Below, piece by piece: positions 8,074 to 16,826 of a stretch of DNA of 50,534 bases. The notes beneath the pieces were generated by a model. It made no database searches and was not told the origin of the DNA. It saw only the letters and a list, made by a program, of their open reading frames with translations. Position numbers and translations under genes: made by a program. Position 1 is the first letter of the stretch. Every line of letters begins with the position of its first letter. The DNA comes from Candidatus Heimdallarchaeota archaeon (GTDB taxonomy: Archaea > Asgardarchaeota > Heimdallarchaeia > Heimdallarchaeales > Heimdallarchaeaceae), in NCBI GenBank assembly GCA_016840095.1, contig JAEOSZ010000009.1, positions 1 through 50,534 of the forward strand. Reading direction: 5' to 3'.

Positions 8074-9816
8074 ATGAAAAAAGTATATTCCTACTCCATT
8101 TTTATTTCACTGTTTCTGAATATTTTCTGCATCTTTTCAGGAATAATTTATCTGATAGTACCTAGTAATTCTCATTACTGGAATTTTAATGGTGTTCTTT
8201 TTGTTATAGCTATCTTGTACAGCAGCATAGTTATTTTAATACAAGGGAGAATATTAAATCCACTTAACGAAAAAGTGAGTAAATATAGGATTGCTTCGTA
8301 TGGATTTTATGCTTTTATAGGATTTGCTTATCTTCTTATGTTTATATCCAATTTTGTAGGTTTTGGACCAAGACTTGCATCTAATATCGGATTAGGAATT
8401 ATGGTAGTTATAGGATATTTTGGCATCCTCATCTATTCTTCTGTATTGATGTTTTTCTTCTTAAGTAAATTCCAAAAAGATTCAGAATACTTTGAATTTG
8501 AAGTTAGTGCAGATAGAAATAGGACTATAAAAAATAAAATACTATTAGTTCTTCGACGGTTTGTAGTTGCATTTAGTTTCCTTGTGTTTTCATTTGGAGT
8601 TTTGATTGACATTGCAATTATTAACCCAAGAATTTTAAGAAGCCTAGGTTTTGGGTTAGGAGTTTTTGCTGCTCAAACAGGATTATTTATTGGTCTTGGA
8701 TGTATAACATGCACTTTTTTGATTTTATATACTTTGAGAAAACAGAACAAATTTCTTAAAACTAAACTTCTAACAATTTCATTTTTGGGTGTGGTTGTTT
8801 CTTCGATTTGCTTCATTCCTTTGTTATCCACACCATCTTTCAGTATAAATGCTTATAGAGATTTTTCAGATGCTTATAATCCGTATTTTGGAGGAAGTTG
8901 GGAAAATGAAATTGAAACATCTGGTTATTCTGAATTTTTCCTAAAGAATCCTTTCCAACTAACAGGTTATTTCCTTGGAAGTGGAGTACCTTCTTGCACA
9001 ATCATTTCAGATATTTTGTATTTTGATGGGAGTAGCAGTAATTATTCAGTAGATCAGAATATTAAACTCTACTTTGATGCCTATCTACCTCCAAACGAAG
9101 GGATTGGATTACCTGGAGAGAATTCTACTATAATTCGAATTCACGGAGGTGGTTGGGTTCTTGGAGATAAAGGTTTTATGAACATCAGAATGATGAATAG
9201 ATATCTAGCAGCTCAAGGATATTGTGTTTTTGATATTCAGTATGGATTGAATAATATCTCTGACATAATGGGAGGGTTTTCAGCAGGACCAGAAAATGTG
9301 TTTGGTAATTTTACTCTAGATGATATGATGAGACATATTGGAAATTTCACTCATTTCTTAGAAGCTCATTCTTCAGAATATGGGGCAAATCTTAACTCTG
9401 TATTTATTTCTGGAGGTTCTGCAGGTGGTCAGTTAACATGTGCAGTTGCTTTAGGTTTAGATTCAGGAAATTATACTGAAACTTTTTCGAATGCTTATAC
9501 AATTAAAGGATTGGTTCCCTATTATCCAGCAAATAACATATCTGCAGATTTTGCGAGTACTAGTAAATTGGAATGGAGAGATCCAAATTTATTAGTTAAA
9601 TCTGATTCTCCACCAAGTCTAGTTTTTCAAGGTGATAAGGATGGCTTAATTGAAGAATCATTGATATTTCAGAAAACATACAGCGATTTAGGAAGAACTG
9701 ATTGTGCAGTATTACTATTCTCTTTTGGGGGACATGGTTGTGATTTTTATTTTCCTGGTTACTATAACCAAGTGTTTCTCTATTACATGGAGCGATTCTT
9801 ATTCCTATATCATTAA
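8074..9816 (+). CDS. Multi-TM membrane-anchored alpha/beta hydrolase (HSL-type esterase/lipase)
   Basis: About 7 N-terminal TM segments, oxyanion HGGGW, nucleophile GGSAG, GDKD (Asp) and GGHG (His). Confidence 0.88.
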   Translation: MKKVYSYSIFISLFLNIFCIFSGIIYLIVPSNSHYWNFNGVLFVIAILYSSIVILIQGRILNPLNEKVSKYRIASYGFYAFIGFAYLLMFISNFVGFGPRLASNIGLGIMVVIGYFGILIYSSVLMFFFLSKFQKDSEYFEFEVSADRNRTIKNKILLVLRRFVVAFSFLVFSFGVLIDIAIINPRILRSLGFGLGVFAAQTGLFIGLGCITCTFLILYTLRKQNKFLKTKLLTISFLGVVVSSICFIPLLSTPSFSINAYRDFSDAYNPYFGGSWENEIETSGYSEFFLKNPFQLTGYFLGSGVPSCTIISDILYFDGSSSNYSVDQNIKLYFDAYLPPNEGIGLPGENSTIIRIHGGGWVLGDKGFMNIRMMNRYLAAQGYCVFDIQYGLNNISDIMGGFSAGPENVFGNFTLDDMMRHIGNFTHFLEAHSSEYGANLNSVFISGGSAGGQLTCAVALGLDSGNYTETFSNAYTIKGLVPYYPANNISADFASTSKLEWRDPNLLVKSDSPPSLVFQGDKDGLIEESLIFQKTYSDLGRTDCAVLLFSFGGHGCDFYFPGYYNQVFLYYMERFLFLYH

Positions 9817-9870
9817 TATTCCTTAAGATATTGGGAAAAAGATTTTAACGATGTAATAGAAAATCTAATC

Positions 9871-11118
9871 ATGCCTTTTAGTTCTCGGATTCCTAATTTC
9901 TATAATCTATCAACTGCAGAAAGACGAAAGAAAATTGTTGAAATGTGTGACCTTAGTGAAGATGAAATTGCTCTTTTGGATGGAAAAGGAGTTACTGATG
10001 AAACTCTTGATTATATGATAGAGAATGTAGTTGGTAGAGTTATTTTACCTCTAGGTATTGCTACTAATTTCATAGTAAATGGTAGAGAGCATCTTATACC
10101 GATGGCTGTGGAAGAATCTTCAATTGTTGCAGCTGCAAGTCATGCAGCTAAGATTGCTAGAAAGAAAGGAGGATTTTATGCTGATTACTCTGGTTCATAT
10201 GCAATTGGACAAATCCAGATTTTATGTGTAAAGAACTTCTCGGAAGCTAAAAGCAACTTATTGAAGAATAAAACTAAACTACTAGAACTAGCTAATTCAA
10301 CTAACAAAATACTTGTTAAACTAGGGGGAGGAGCTCAAGATATTGAGGTTAGAGAAATAGAAGGTAAAACTGGGAGATACCTTGTTCTTCATCTAATTGT
10401 AGATGTTAAAGATGCTATGGGAGCAAATGCTGTTAACACAATGCTTGAAAAAATTAAAACTGAAGTAGAAAAAATTACCTCTGGTGTAGTCCTGCTAAAA
10501 ATAATTTCTAACTATGCTGTTAAGAGAACAGTCAAAGTTAAAGCAATATTTGATAAAGAAGAACTAGGGGGAGAAGTTGTAGTTGATAAGATTCTTCTTG
10601 CTTATGATTTTGCTGACCACGATATTTACAGGTGTACAACTCATAATAAAGGAATAATGAATGGAATTACAGCTGTTCTATTAGCTACTGGAAATGATAC
10701 AAGAGCTGTAGAGGCAGGAGCTCATGCCTATGCTGTTAGAGATGGAAGATATAGATCTTTATCTAAATTTGAGAAGAATGAAGAAGGTGATCTCATTGGT
10801 TATCTTGAAGTTCCAGTTCTTGTAGGGATTTTAGGAGGAGCGATGAATGTTAACCCAATTTACAAATTATCCTTCAAAATTCTCAATGTGAAGAAAGCTA
10901 AGGAATTTGCAGAAATTTTAGGGGCTGTTGGTCTAGCACAAAATCTAGCAGCTTTGAGAGCCTTATCATCAGAAGGAATTCAAGAAGGTCATATGAATCT
11001 TCATGCCAGAAATATAGCTATTCAAGTAGGTGCTAAAGGAGAAAAAATAGATAAAATCGCTCAACAGATGATCAAAGAAAAGAATATTTCTTTTGATAGA
11101 GCAAAAGAATTGCTTTAG
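9871..11118 (+). CDS. mvaA: Class II (bacterial-type) HMG-CoA reductase
   Basis: IENVVG, EESSIVAA, DAMGAN, HNKGIMNG, GNDTRAVEAG and EGIQEGHMNLH motifs. Confidence 0.95.
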   Translation: MPFSSRIPNFYNLSTAERRKKIVEMCDLSEDEIALLDGKGVTDETLDYMIENVVGRVILPLGIATNFIVNGREHLIPMAVEESSIVAAASHAAKIARKKGGFYADYSGSYAIGQIQILCVKNFSEAKSNLLKNKTKLLELANSTNKILVKLGGGAQDIEVREIEGKTGRYLVLHLIVDVKDAMGANAVNTMLEKIKTEVEKITSGVVLLKIISNYAVKRTVKVKAIFDKEELGGEVVVDKILLAYDFADHDIYRCTTHNKGIMNGITAVLLATGNDTRAVEAGAHAYAVRDGRYRSLSKFEKNEEGDLIGYLEVPVLVGILGGAMNVNPIYKLSFKILNVKKAKEFAEILGAVGLAQNLAALRALSSEGIQEGHMNLHARNIAIQVGAKGEKIDKIAQQMIKEKNISFDRAKELL

Positions 11119-11188
11119 TTTCCAAAAGCTTAGAAAATTAACTCAAAAAATATGAAAAACTTTTATTCTAATTCACTAATTTAGAAAT

Positions 11189-12019
11189 ATGGATAAAGAA
11201 AAATCAAAGATAGAAGCAGATAAACCTGTCTTCGAGGAGGGAAAACAATATCATATAGAATGTAAGCCAGGAGATTTGAAAGGACCAGTTTTTCTTCCAG
11301 GAGACCCAGAAAGAGCTAAACGTATAGCAGAATCATGGGAAGAATTCAAAGAAATAGCTACTCATAGGCAATATTATTCCTATACAGGTAAAGTTCATGG
11401 TGTTCCAGTTAGTGTAACTTCAACAGGAATAGGTACTCCTGCTTGTGAAATAGCAATAACTGAGTTACTGAATATTGGATGTGACACTTTCATAAGAGTA
11501 GGTTCAACAGGAGCATTGCAACCAGGATTGGAGTTAGGAGATCTGATTATTAATACAGGAGCAGTGAAACTAGAAGGGTCAAGTGTGCATTATGTTCCAG
11601 AAACTTTTCCAGCAATAGCAAATTATGAAATTGTTCTCGCTTTGATAGAAGCATGTGAATCATTAGGATATACTTACCATGTGGGAATTGCAGCTTCATC
11701 ATCAAGTTTCTATTTAGGACAAGGAAGACCAGGATATAATGATTACAAAATTTCAAAAACAGATACAATTGTCCCAGATTTACAAAAAATGGGTGTATTG
11801 AATATGGAAATGGAAGCATCACATATCTTTACTTTAGGACAAATATTTGGAGCAAGAACTGGAGCAATATGTGCAGTATATGCCAATAGAGTAACAAATG
11901 AATTTGGAACCTTAGGTGAAAAAGAAGCTATAACAGCTGCTAATTATGCAGTAAAGATTCTAGCTGAAATGGATGAAGAAAAGAAGAATAAAGGCACAAA
12001 ATACTGGCATAGGATGTAA
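11189..12019 (+). CDS. udp: Uridine phosphorylase (NP-I family nucleoside phosphorylase)
   Basis: YHI, LPGDPERA, STGIG, IRVGSTGALQ, FYLGQGR and NMEMEAS motifs. Confidence 0.9.
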   Translation: MDKEKSKIEADKPVFEEGKQYHIECKPGDLKGPVFLPGDPERAKRIAESWEEFKEIATHRQYYSYTGKVHGVPVSVTSTGIGTPACEIAITELLNIGCDTFIRVGSTGALQPGLELGDLIINTGAVKLEGSSVHYVPETFPAIANYEIVLALIEACESLGYTYHVGIAASSSSFYLGQGRPGYNDYKISKTDTIVPDLQKMGVLNMEMEASHIFTLGQIFGARTGAICAVYANRVTNEFGTLGEKEAITAANYAVKILAEMDEEKKNKGTKYWHRM

Positions 12020-12046
12020 GAGCCTTTTATTATCACAAAACAGAAT

Positions 12047-12108
12047 GAGGGAGGGAGGGTGAATCCCCGCAAAACGAGTGTGGGGATTCACCAAGATACC
12101 TTCCTTTT
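12047..12108 (+). terminator. Strong GC-rich stem-loop followed by a T-tract between convergent genes
   Basis: 14-bp stem GGTGAATCCCCGCA(12058-12071)/TGTGGGGATTCACC(12079-12092) with one G:U and a 7-nt loop. Outer GAGGGAGG/CCTTCCTT pairing is possible, followed by T residues. Confidence 0.6.
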
Positions 12109-12191
12109 AAACTTTATAAATTCTTCGCAAAAGGCGATAAGAACCACTAAAACTTTATTTTGAACGAAGTTTCATCATTTTAATCATATTA

Positions 12192-12941
12192 CTAGGGTGT
12201 TATTCCTGGAAAGTAATAATCCCCAGATTCTTCGTCTAGAACGGTTAAATCCATCTTCATCATTAATGTTAGAGTACTTTGTGCTCGTTCAATTGACCAT
12301 CCAAGATGGCTTGCAACCTTATCAACTGATAATGATGGTAATCCTGTGGCTAACATTAGAATTTCTTGAATATCATTTGACATTTCTATTGGTTTGAATC
12401 TTATTAGCACTTCTTCTTCTCCGAGATCTACCTTGGGTGGTATGACTTCCTTTTCTTCCAATTTACGTACAACTTCAAGAATCTCTCCAGTTCTAACACT
12501 CCAATTAGGTCTTGTCTCTCTGAAATAATCTATTAAGTTGACAACTGTAATGGCATTACCTATTACTTCTAATTCTTCAATTCCGATTACTAATATTTCT
12601 TGAACAAGTTTCTGTTTGAATTCATCTTTACCAAACAAGATTGGTGCTTTTACTTTACCAGCTGTTCCAATCGTTTCTGTCATACCTGCTCTTTTTCTCA
12701 GTTCAAGTACCTTGCCAACTAGCATTTTTGATGCAAAAAGATCCTTACTTGATTTCTTCTCAATTCTTTCTACTCCCTCTTCAAAGACTTCTTTTCTTCT
12801 TTCTTCGTCTTCTCTTTGAGCATCCTTTAATCCTGCATCAAATGATTTGTAAGCATCAGATATATCGGCTCTTATATCCTTTTGTTTGCCTTTTTGCTTC
12901 TTTTCTTTATCATTATCTCTATCAGGTACCATTATTATCAA
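12192..12941 (-). CDS. ESCRT-II Vps22/Vps36-like (EAP30 domain) tandem winged-helix protein
   Basis: C-terminal LIRFKPIEMSNDIQEILMLA...SVDKVASHLGWSIERAQSTLTLMMKMDLTVLD...YYFP matches the Snf8/Vps22 pattern (P.EL..D...VL.LA...V...L.W...RA...L...LD...Y..P). The N-terminus is a charged coiled coil. Confidence 0.8.
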   Translation of the reverse strand: MIIMVPDRDNDKEKKQKGKQKDIRADISDAYKSFDAGLKDAQREDEERRKEVFEEGVERIEKKSSKDLFASKMLVGKVLELRKRAGMTETIGTAGKVKAPILFGKDEFKQKLVQEILVIGIEELEVIGNAITVVNLIDYFRETRPNWSVRTGEILEVVRKLEEKEVIPPKVDLGEEEVLIRFKPIEMSNDIQEILMLATGLPSLSVDKVASHLGWSIERAQSTLTLMMKMDLTVLDEESGDYYFPGITP

Positions 12942-13051
12942 TATGATTCTATTCTCCCTAATATAAAAAAATATGCAATTAAATACATCAAAACGTTTTT
13001 AGTTAGTGGAAAACTATGGGAATACTGACGAAGAACTTCAAGGCGTAGATA

Positions 13052-14410
13052 ATGAACGATATTAACATTACAGCTTACGGTGCTACTGATTACGTTGGAA
13101 GAAGCAGCTTTCTTCTACACAGCAGAGATCATAACATACTTCTCGATTGTGGTTTACAGCTGGTCCCCAAACAACTTTCTGTTGCGCCTAAAGGAGTTGA
13201 CAATATAGCACATAAAATTGACTCAGTGATTTTGAGTCACGCACACATCGACCATTCAGGATACATGCCATCTTTGGCTAAGAATGGATATAAAGGAAGT
13301 TTTCACATGACTCATCCAACAAAGGAGATTGTCTATAAACTCTGGCTGGATCATCTGAAAATAGAAGGGAGAAGACACTGGTCAGAATCTGATTTAGACA
13401 AGGTTTTTAGAAGAATAAAAACTACAGAATATAATAAACCAATTAAACTTGCTGATGGGATTACCGCACGTTTTATTAATGCAGGACACGTCCTTGGTGC
13501 AGCCCAAATTCTAATCGATTGGGAAGGTATACTTATTCTTTATACAGCTGATATTAATGATAGAATTACACCAATGTTCGATGGATATGATATTCCTGAT
13601 GAGGAAATTGATATTCTCCTAACAGAATCAACTAACGGAGATAGATATGTTCCAGAGAGATCAAAGATTGACGTTGGTCTTCGACTTATGGCTAAGCAAA
13701 TAGCTGATGAGAAAAACAAGATGATACTGCCATCATTTGCAGTTGGGAGATCTCAAGAAATGCTAATCACTTTAGCTTTGGATGATGATTTGAATGATGT
13801 ACCCATCTATATCGACGGTATGATTAATAATATGAATATGATAACTGAACACTTCTTAAGTGATAAATGGGTTTCTAAGCGCTTCCTTTCACAACTGAAA
13901 GATGCTGGTCTTTATTCTCCATTTGACAAACAAAATCTTATCCCTGTACCATCAATATCAAATAGACCTCACAATTCTAGAAAATACATTTCAAATACTG
14001 AGGAAGGTTCCATAATCGTAACTACTTCAGGAATGTTAGAGGGAGGTCCAATACACACATATTTAGAATTAATCGGAACAAACCCAAACAATGTTTTAGG
14101 ATTCACAGGTTACCAAGTAGATGGTACCACCGGAAGAGAAATTTTTGATGGAAACAAGAATGTTACTCTTCAGACAAGTTATGGAAAACCCAAAAAAGTT
14201 AATCTTAAACTAAAAGTAATGAAGTTTCCATATTCAGGTCACAGCTCAGTAGAGGGTTTGAAAGAATTAATGGTAAAAACAAAAGCATCTGACATAGTTT
14301 TGATGCATGGTGAGAGAAGGAACCAAGATTATATCTTAGATTTTGTTAAAGATGTTGCTAAGCCTAGATTACTTAAAGAAGAAGTTTCTACTAAGTTAGT
14401 GAGTATGTAA
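13052..14410 (+). CDS. beta-CASP metallo-beta-lactamase ribonuclease (aCPSF2-like, no KH domains)
   Basis: LLDCG, SHAHIDHSG, AGHVLGAA, ESTNG, FAVGRSQE, SGMLEGG, SGHS and MHGE motifs. Confidence 0.92.
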   Translation: MNDINITAYGATDYVGRSSFLLHSRDHNILLDCGLQLVPKQLSVAPKGVDNIAHKIDSVILSHAHIDHSGYMPSLAKNGYKGSFHMTHPTKEIVYKLWLDHLKIEGRRHWSESDLDKVFRRIKTTEYNKPIKLADGITARFINAGHVLGAAQILIDWEGILILYTADINDRITPMFDGYDIPDEEIDILLTESTNGDRYVPERSKIDVGLRLMAKQIADEKNKMILPSFAVGRSQEMLITLALDDDLNDVPIYIDGMINNMNMITEHFLSDKWVSKRFLSQLKDAGLYSPFDKQNLIPVPSISNRPHNSRKYISNTEEGSIIVTTSGMLEGGPIHTYLELIGTNPNNVLGFTGYQVDGTTGREIFDGNKNVTLQTSYGKPKKVNLKLKVMKFPYSGHSSVEGLKELMVKTKASDIVLMHGERRNQDYILDFVKDVAKPRLLKEEVSTKLVSM

Positions 14411-14412
14411 AA

Positions 14413-15054
14413 ATGACCATTAACAATCCACCTTATTTGCAAATTGCTTTAGACTTAGTTGATAAGGATGAATTAGAAAGAATTTTACTTGAAATTCCAG
14501 TTTCAACAAAGATTCTACTTGAAGCTGGGACTCCTCTCATTAAGAAATTTGGAATAGATATTGTAAAATTTATTCGTAAATACCATGCCAATTCATTCAT
14601 TATAGCTGATATGAAAACTCTTGATGTTGGGTGGTTAGAGGTTAAAATAGCTGCTGAAGCATCAGCTAATGCTGTTGTTATCAGTGGACTAGCTCCAACT
14701 GAGACAATTGTTTCATCTATCGATAAAGCAGAAAAGGAAAATGTTGAGATTATCCTAGATCTAATGAACGTTATCCAACCATCATCAATTCTAAAAAATC
14801 TGAAGAAGAATCCTGCAATAGTTCTTTTTCATAGAGGAATAGATCAAGAAGGAAAAGCAGATCATCCTTGGGCGCAAATCCATTCTATCAAGGAACATTG
14901 TCCAAGTTGTTTAACAGCTGTTGCTGGTGGTTTAAATCTCGAAACAAGTACTCGATCTATCGATAATGGAGCAGACGTTATTGTTATTGGTAGAGCTATT
15001 ACTCAAGCAGATGATGTCAAAGTCGCAGTCAATGAGTTCCTTGAGTTGCTGTAA
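14413..15054 (+). CDS. 3-hexulose-6-phosphate synthase-like protein (OMPDC/HUMPS family)
   Basis: LQIALD, EAGTPLIK, ADMKTLDVG, HRGID, AVAGG and GRAIT motifs. Resembles the HPS domain of Fae-Hps proteins. Confidence 0.85.
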   Translation: MTINNPPYLQIALDLVDKDELERILLEIPVSTKILLEAGTPLIKKFGIDIVKFIRKYHANSFIIADMKTLDVGWLEVKIAAEASANAVVISGLAPTETIVSSIDKAEKENVEIILDLMNVIQPSSILKNLKKNPAIVLFHRGIDQEGKADHPWAQIHSIKEHCPSCLTAVAGGLNLETSTRSIDNGADVIVIGRAITQADDVKVAVNEFLELL

Positions 15055-15076
15055 AACAATGTTTAACGCTATATTT

Positions 15077-15970
15077 TCAGTATTCATGTACAGTCCCCTT
15101 TTTTCTTATTTTTGAGTAAATTTTCTTGTAGGTCAGATTAAAAAGAAATAGCATTAATAGTGACATAATTATCAACATAACAACTGATCCCCATACGATA
15201 CTATCAGTTAGAGTTCCTTGACCAAACAAACAAAGTCTGAAGGATTGAACAGCTATTGTCATGGGTGAAAAATATGCTATTATTCTTAACCATTCAGGAA
15301 AGAGTGAGAGAGGAAAGAGACTTCCACTTAATAGATGCATAATACCTATTATGACCATGGAAATCTCTCTACCCCTCTTTACAAGGATGGTTATATTAGC
15401 AGCTACTAGAGATAGGGAAAAGAAAAATAAGATAATGCATAATATAACCAACATCAAGGATAGTATAGATGGAAAATTAAGTTTAAGCCCACTAAATACA
15501 GGGAATATAAGAAGTACTGGAATATAATATATGAAAGAAAAAATCATTCTGTATATAACTTCGAATGTAACTTCCGATACACAATATTTCTTCAATCCAT
15601 AAGGCTGAATAGCTAAAGTTTCAAAAGTACCTTGTTTCATCTCACTAGTAAAACTATTCATTGATTGTGAAAGAATGCGTGTTGAGATATCAACTAACAT
15701 ACTTCCAGCAAAGATATAAGATATGCTACTTACTACATATCCATCTTGACTAATAGTTTGGTTTGGAACAAGGTTTCCTATATAGAAGAATAAACTAGCA
15801 ACTGCAAATGTGTTTACAAATCCTAATAGCAGAGATAATTTATATTGCCAGATAATTTTTATGTTTCTCAAAAAAGTTGCTTTGAATCCCATTAAGAATT
15901 TAGATGAAAAATCGGAGTACTCAAATTTCTCCATTACTCTATTTATTTCTTCTGTCGCCATTAATACCAA
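15077..15970 (-). CDS. ABC-2 type exporter permease
   Basis: Six TM segments, EMKQGTFE, LSGSLFPLSLFPEWL and SPMT motifs. The real start is probably ATG 15961. Confidence 0.88.
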   Translation of the reverse strand: MVLMATEEINRVMEKFEYSDFSSKFLMGFKATFLRNIKIIWQYKLSLLLGFVNTFAVASLFFYIGNLVPNQTISQDGYVVSSISYIFAGSMLVDISTRILSQSMNSFTSEMKQGTFETLAIQPYGLKKYCVSEVTFEVIYRMIFSFIYYIPVLLIFPVFSGLKLNFPSILSLMLVILCIILFFFSLSLVAANITILVKRGREISMVIIGIMHLLSGSLFPLSLFPEWLRIIAYFSPMTIAVQSFRLCLFGQGTLTDSIVWGSVVMLIIMSLLMLFLFNLTYKKIYSKIRKKGTVHEY

Positions 15971-16722
15971 TCAACCTTATTGTGCTTTTTTGCATGTTTG
16001 ATGCTTTTAGAAGTTAAAAAAATGGCAAGAGCTCCAAAGATTAGAGAGGAAGTAAATAGAATTGCACTATTTATTGCAATGAGCTGCCAATTATACTGAT
16101 CCGTTAAAACAATGGAATGCAAAGCTTCAAGTCCATACGTTAGAGGAAGAGCCCTTGATATGATTAAAGGTAAGCCTTTAAGCAAGGAAATAGGAAAGAC
16201 AATACCTGTGAAAGTTTTCGTTAGTTGATATACCAATCGAACTAAACCACTGTCTTTCTGATAATAAATTGTGAATGAAGTAAAAATCATAGAAATAGAC
16301 ATGTGAGCAACTAATATCAGTAAAAACAAGAAAATCACTAACATCACTTTCTGGATGGAAATAACATAGAAACTTCCCATGAAAAGATATGCTAAAAACA
16401 ATGCTGCAAAAACAGAAATTGAAGATAAAAATACCCCTGCTAAAGTGCTTCCAATAGAATACTCTACAAAATTGAATTGAAACAGTAAGTAAGACCATGT
16501 TCCTGAGAGAATCTCGTTAAAAACACTTCCATTAACTGTCGCAAGTGATGTTCCTATGATCATCTGTAAACTTAATCCAAGAAAACAGAATTCAAGATAA
16601 GTTGAAGGAATCCCAAATAATGTCATATCAGGATTCATTTTTCCAAAAAAGAAATACATGACAATTGTGATCAGATTGAGAAGAAATGTCATCAGATAGC
16701 TACTCTTGTAACTGAAAGCCAT
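15961..16722 (-). CDS. ABC-2 type exporter permease (N-terminus probably extends to about 16830)
   Basis: EILSGTW, FTGIVFPISLL and LPLTY motifs. The upstream in-frame segment resembles the N-terminus of the paralogous permease. Confidence 0.85.
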   Translation of the reverse strand: MAFSYKSSYLMTFLLNLITIVMYFFFGKMNPDMTLFGIPSTYLEFCFLGLSLQMIIGTSLATVNGSVFNEILSGTWSYLLFQFNFVEYSIGSTLAGVFLSSISVFAALFLAYLFMGSFYVISIQKVMLVIFLFLLILVAHMSISMIFTSFTIYYQKDSGLVRLVYQLTKTFTGIVFPISLLKGLPLIISRALPLTYGLEALHSIVLTDQYNWQLIAINSAILFTSSLIFGALAIFLTSKSIKHAKKHNKVDWY

Positions 16723-16826
16723 TTTGACTCGAGATTTGAAAATAATACTAATTCTAGAGAAAGGATTGCTTTTCTTAGAAGCATAACTAAATGAATCAAG
16801 TACATTAACGAGTTGATGTGTAATTT

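Noticed and set aside
12044-12100. Hairpin as a possible SECIS element or tRNA
   Set aside because: The stem is fully paired across GTGA/TCAC (no tandem G.A quartet), no in-frame UGA selenoprotein is evident nearby, and there is no cloverleaf or T-loop.
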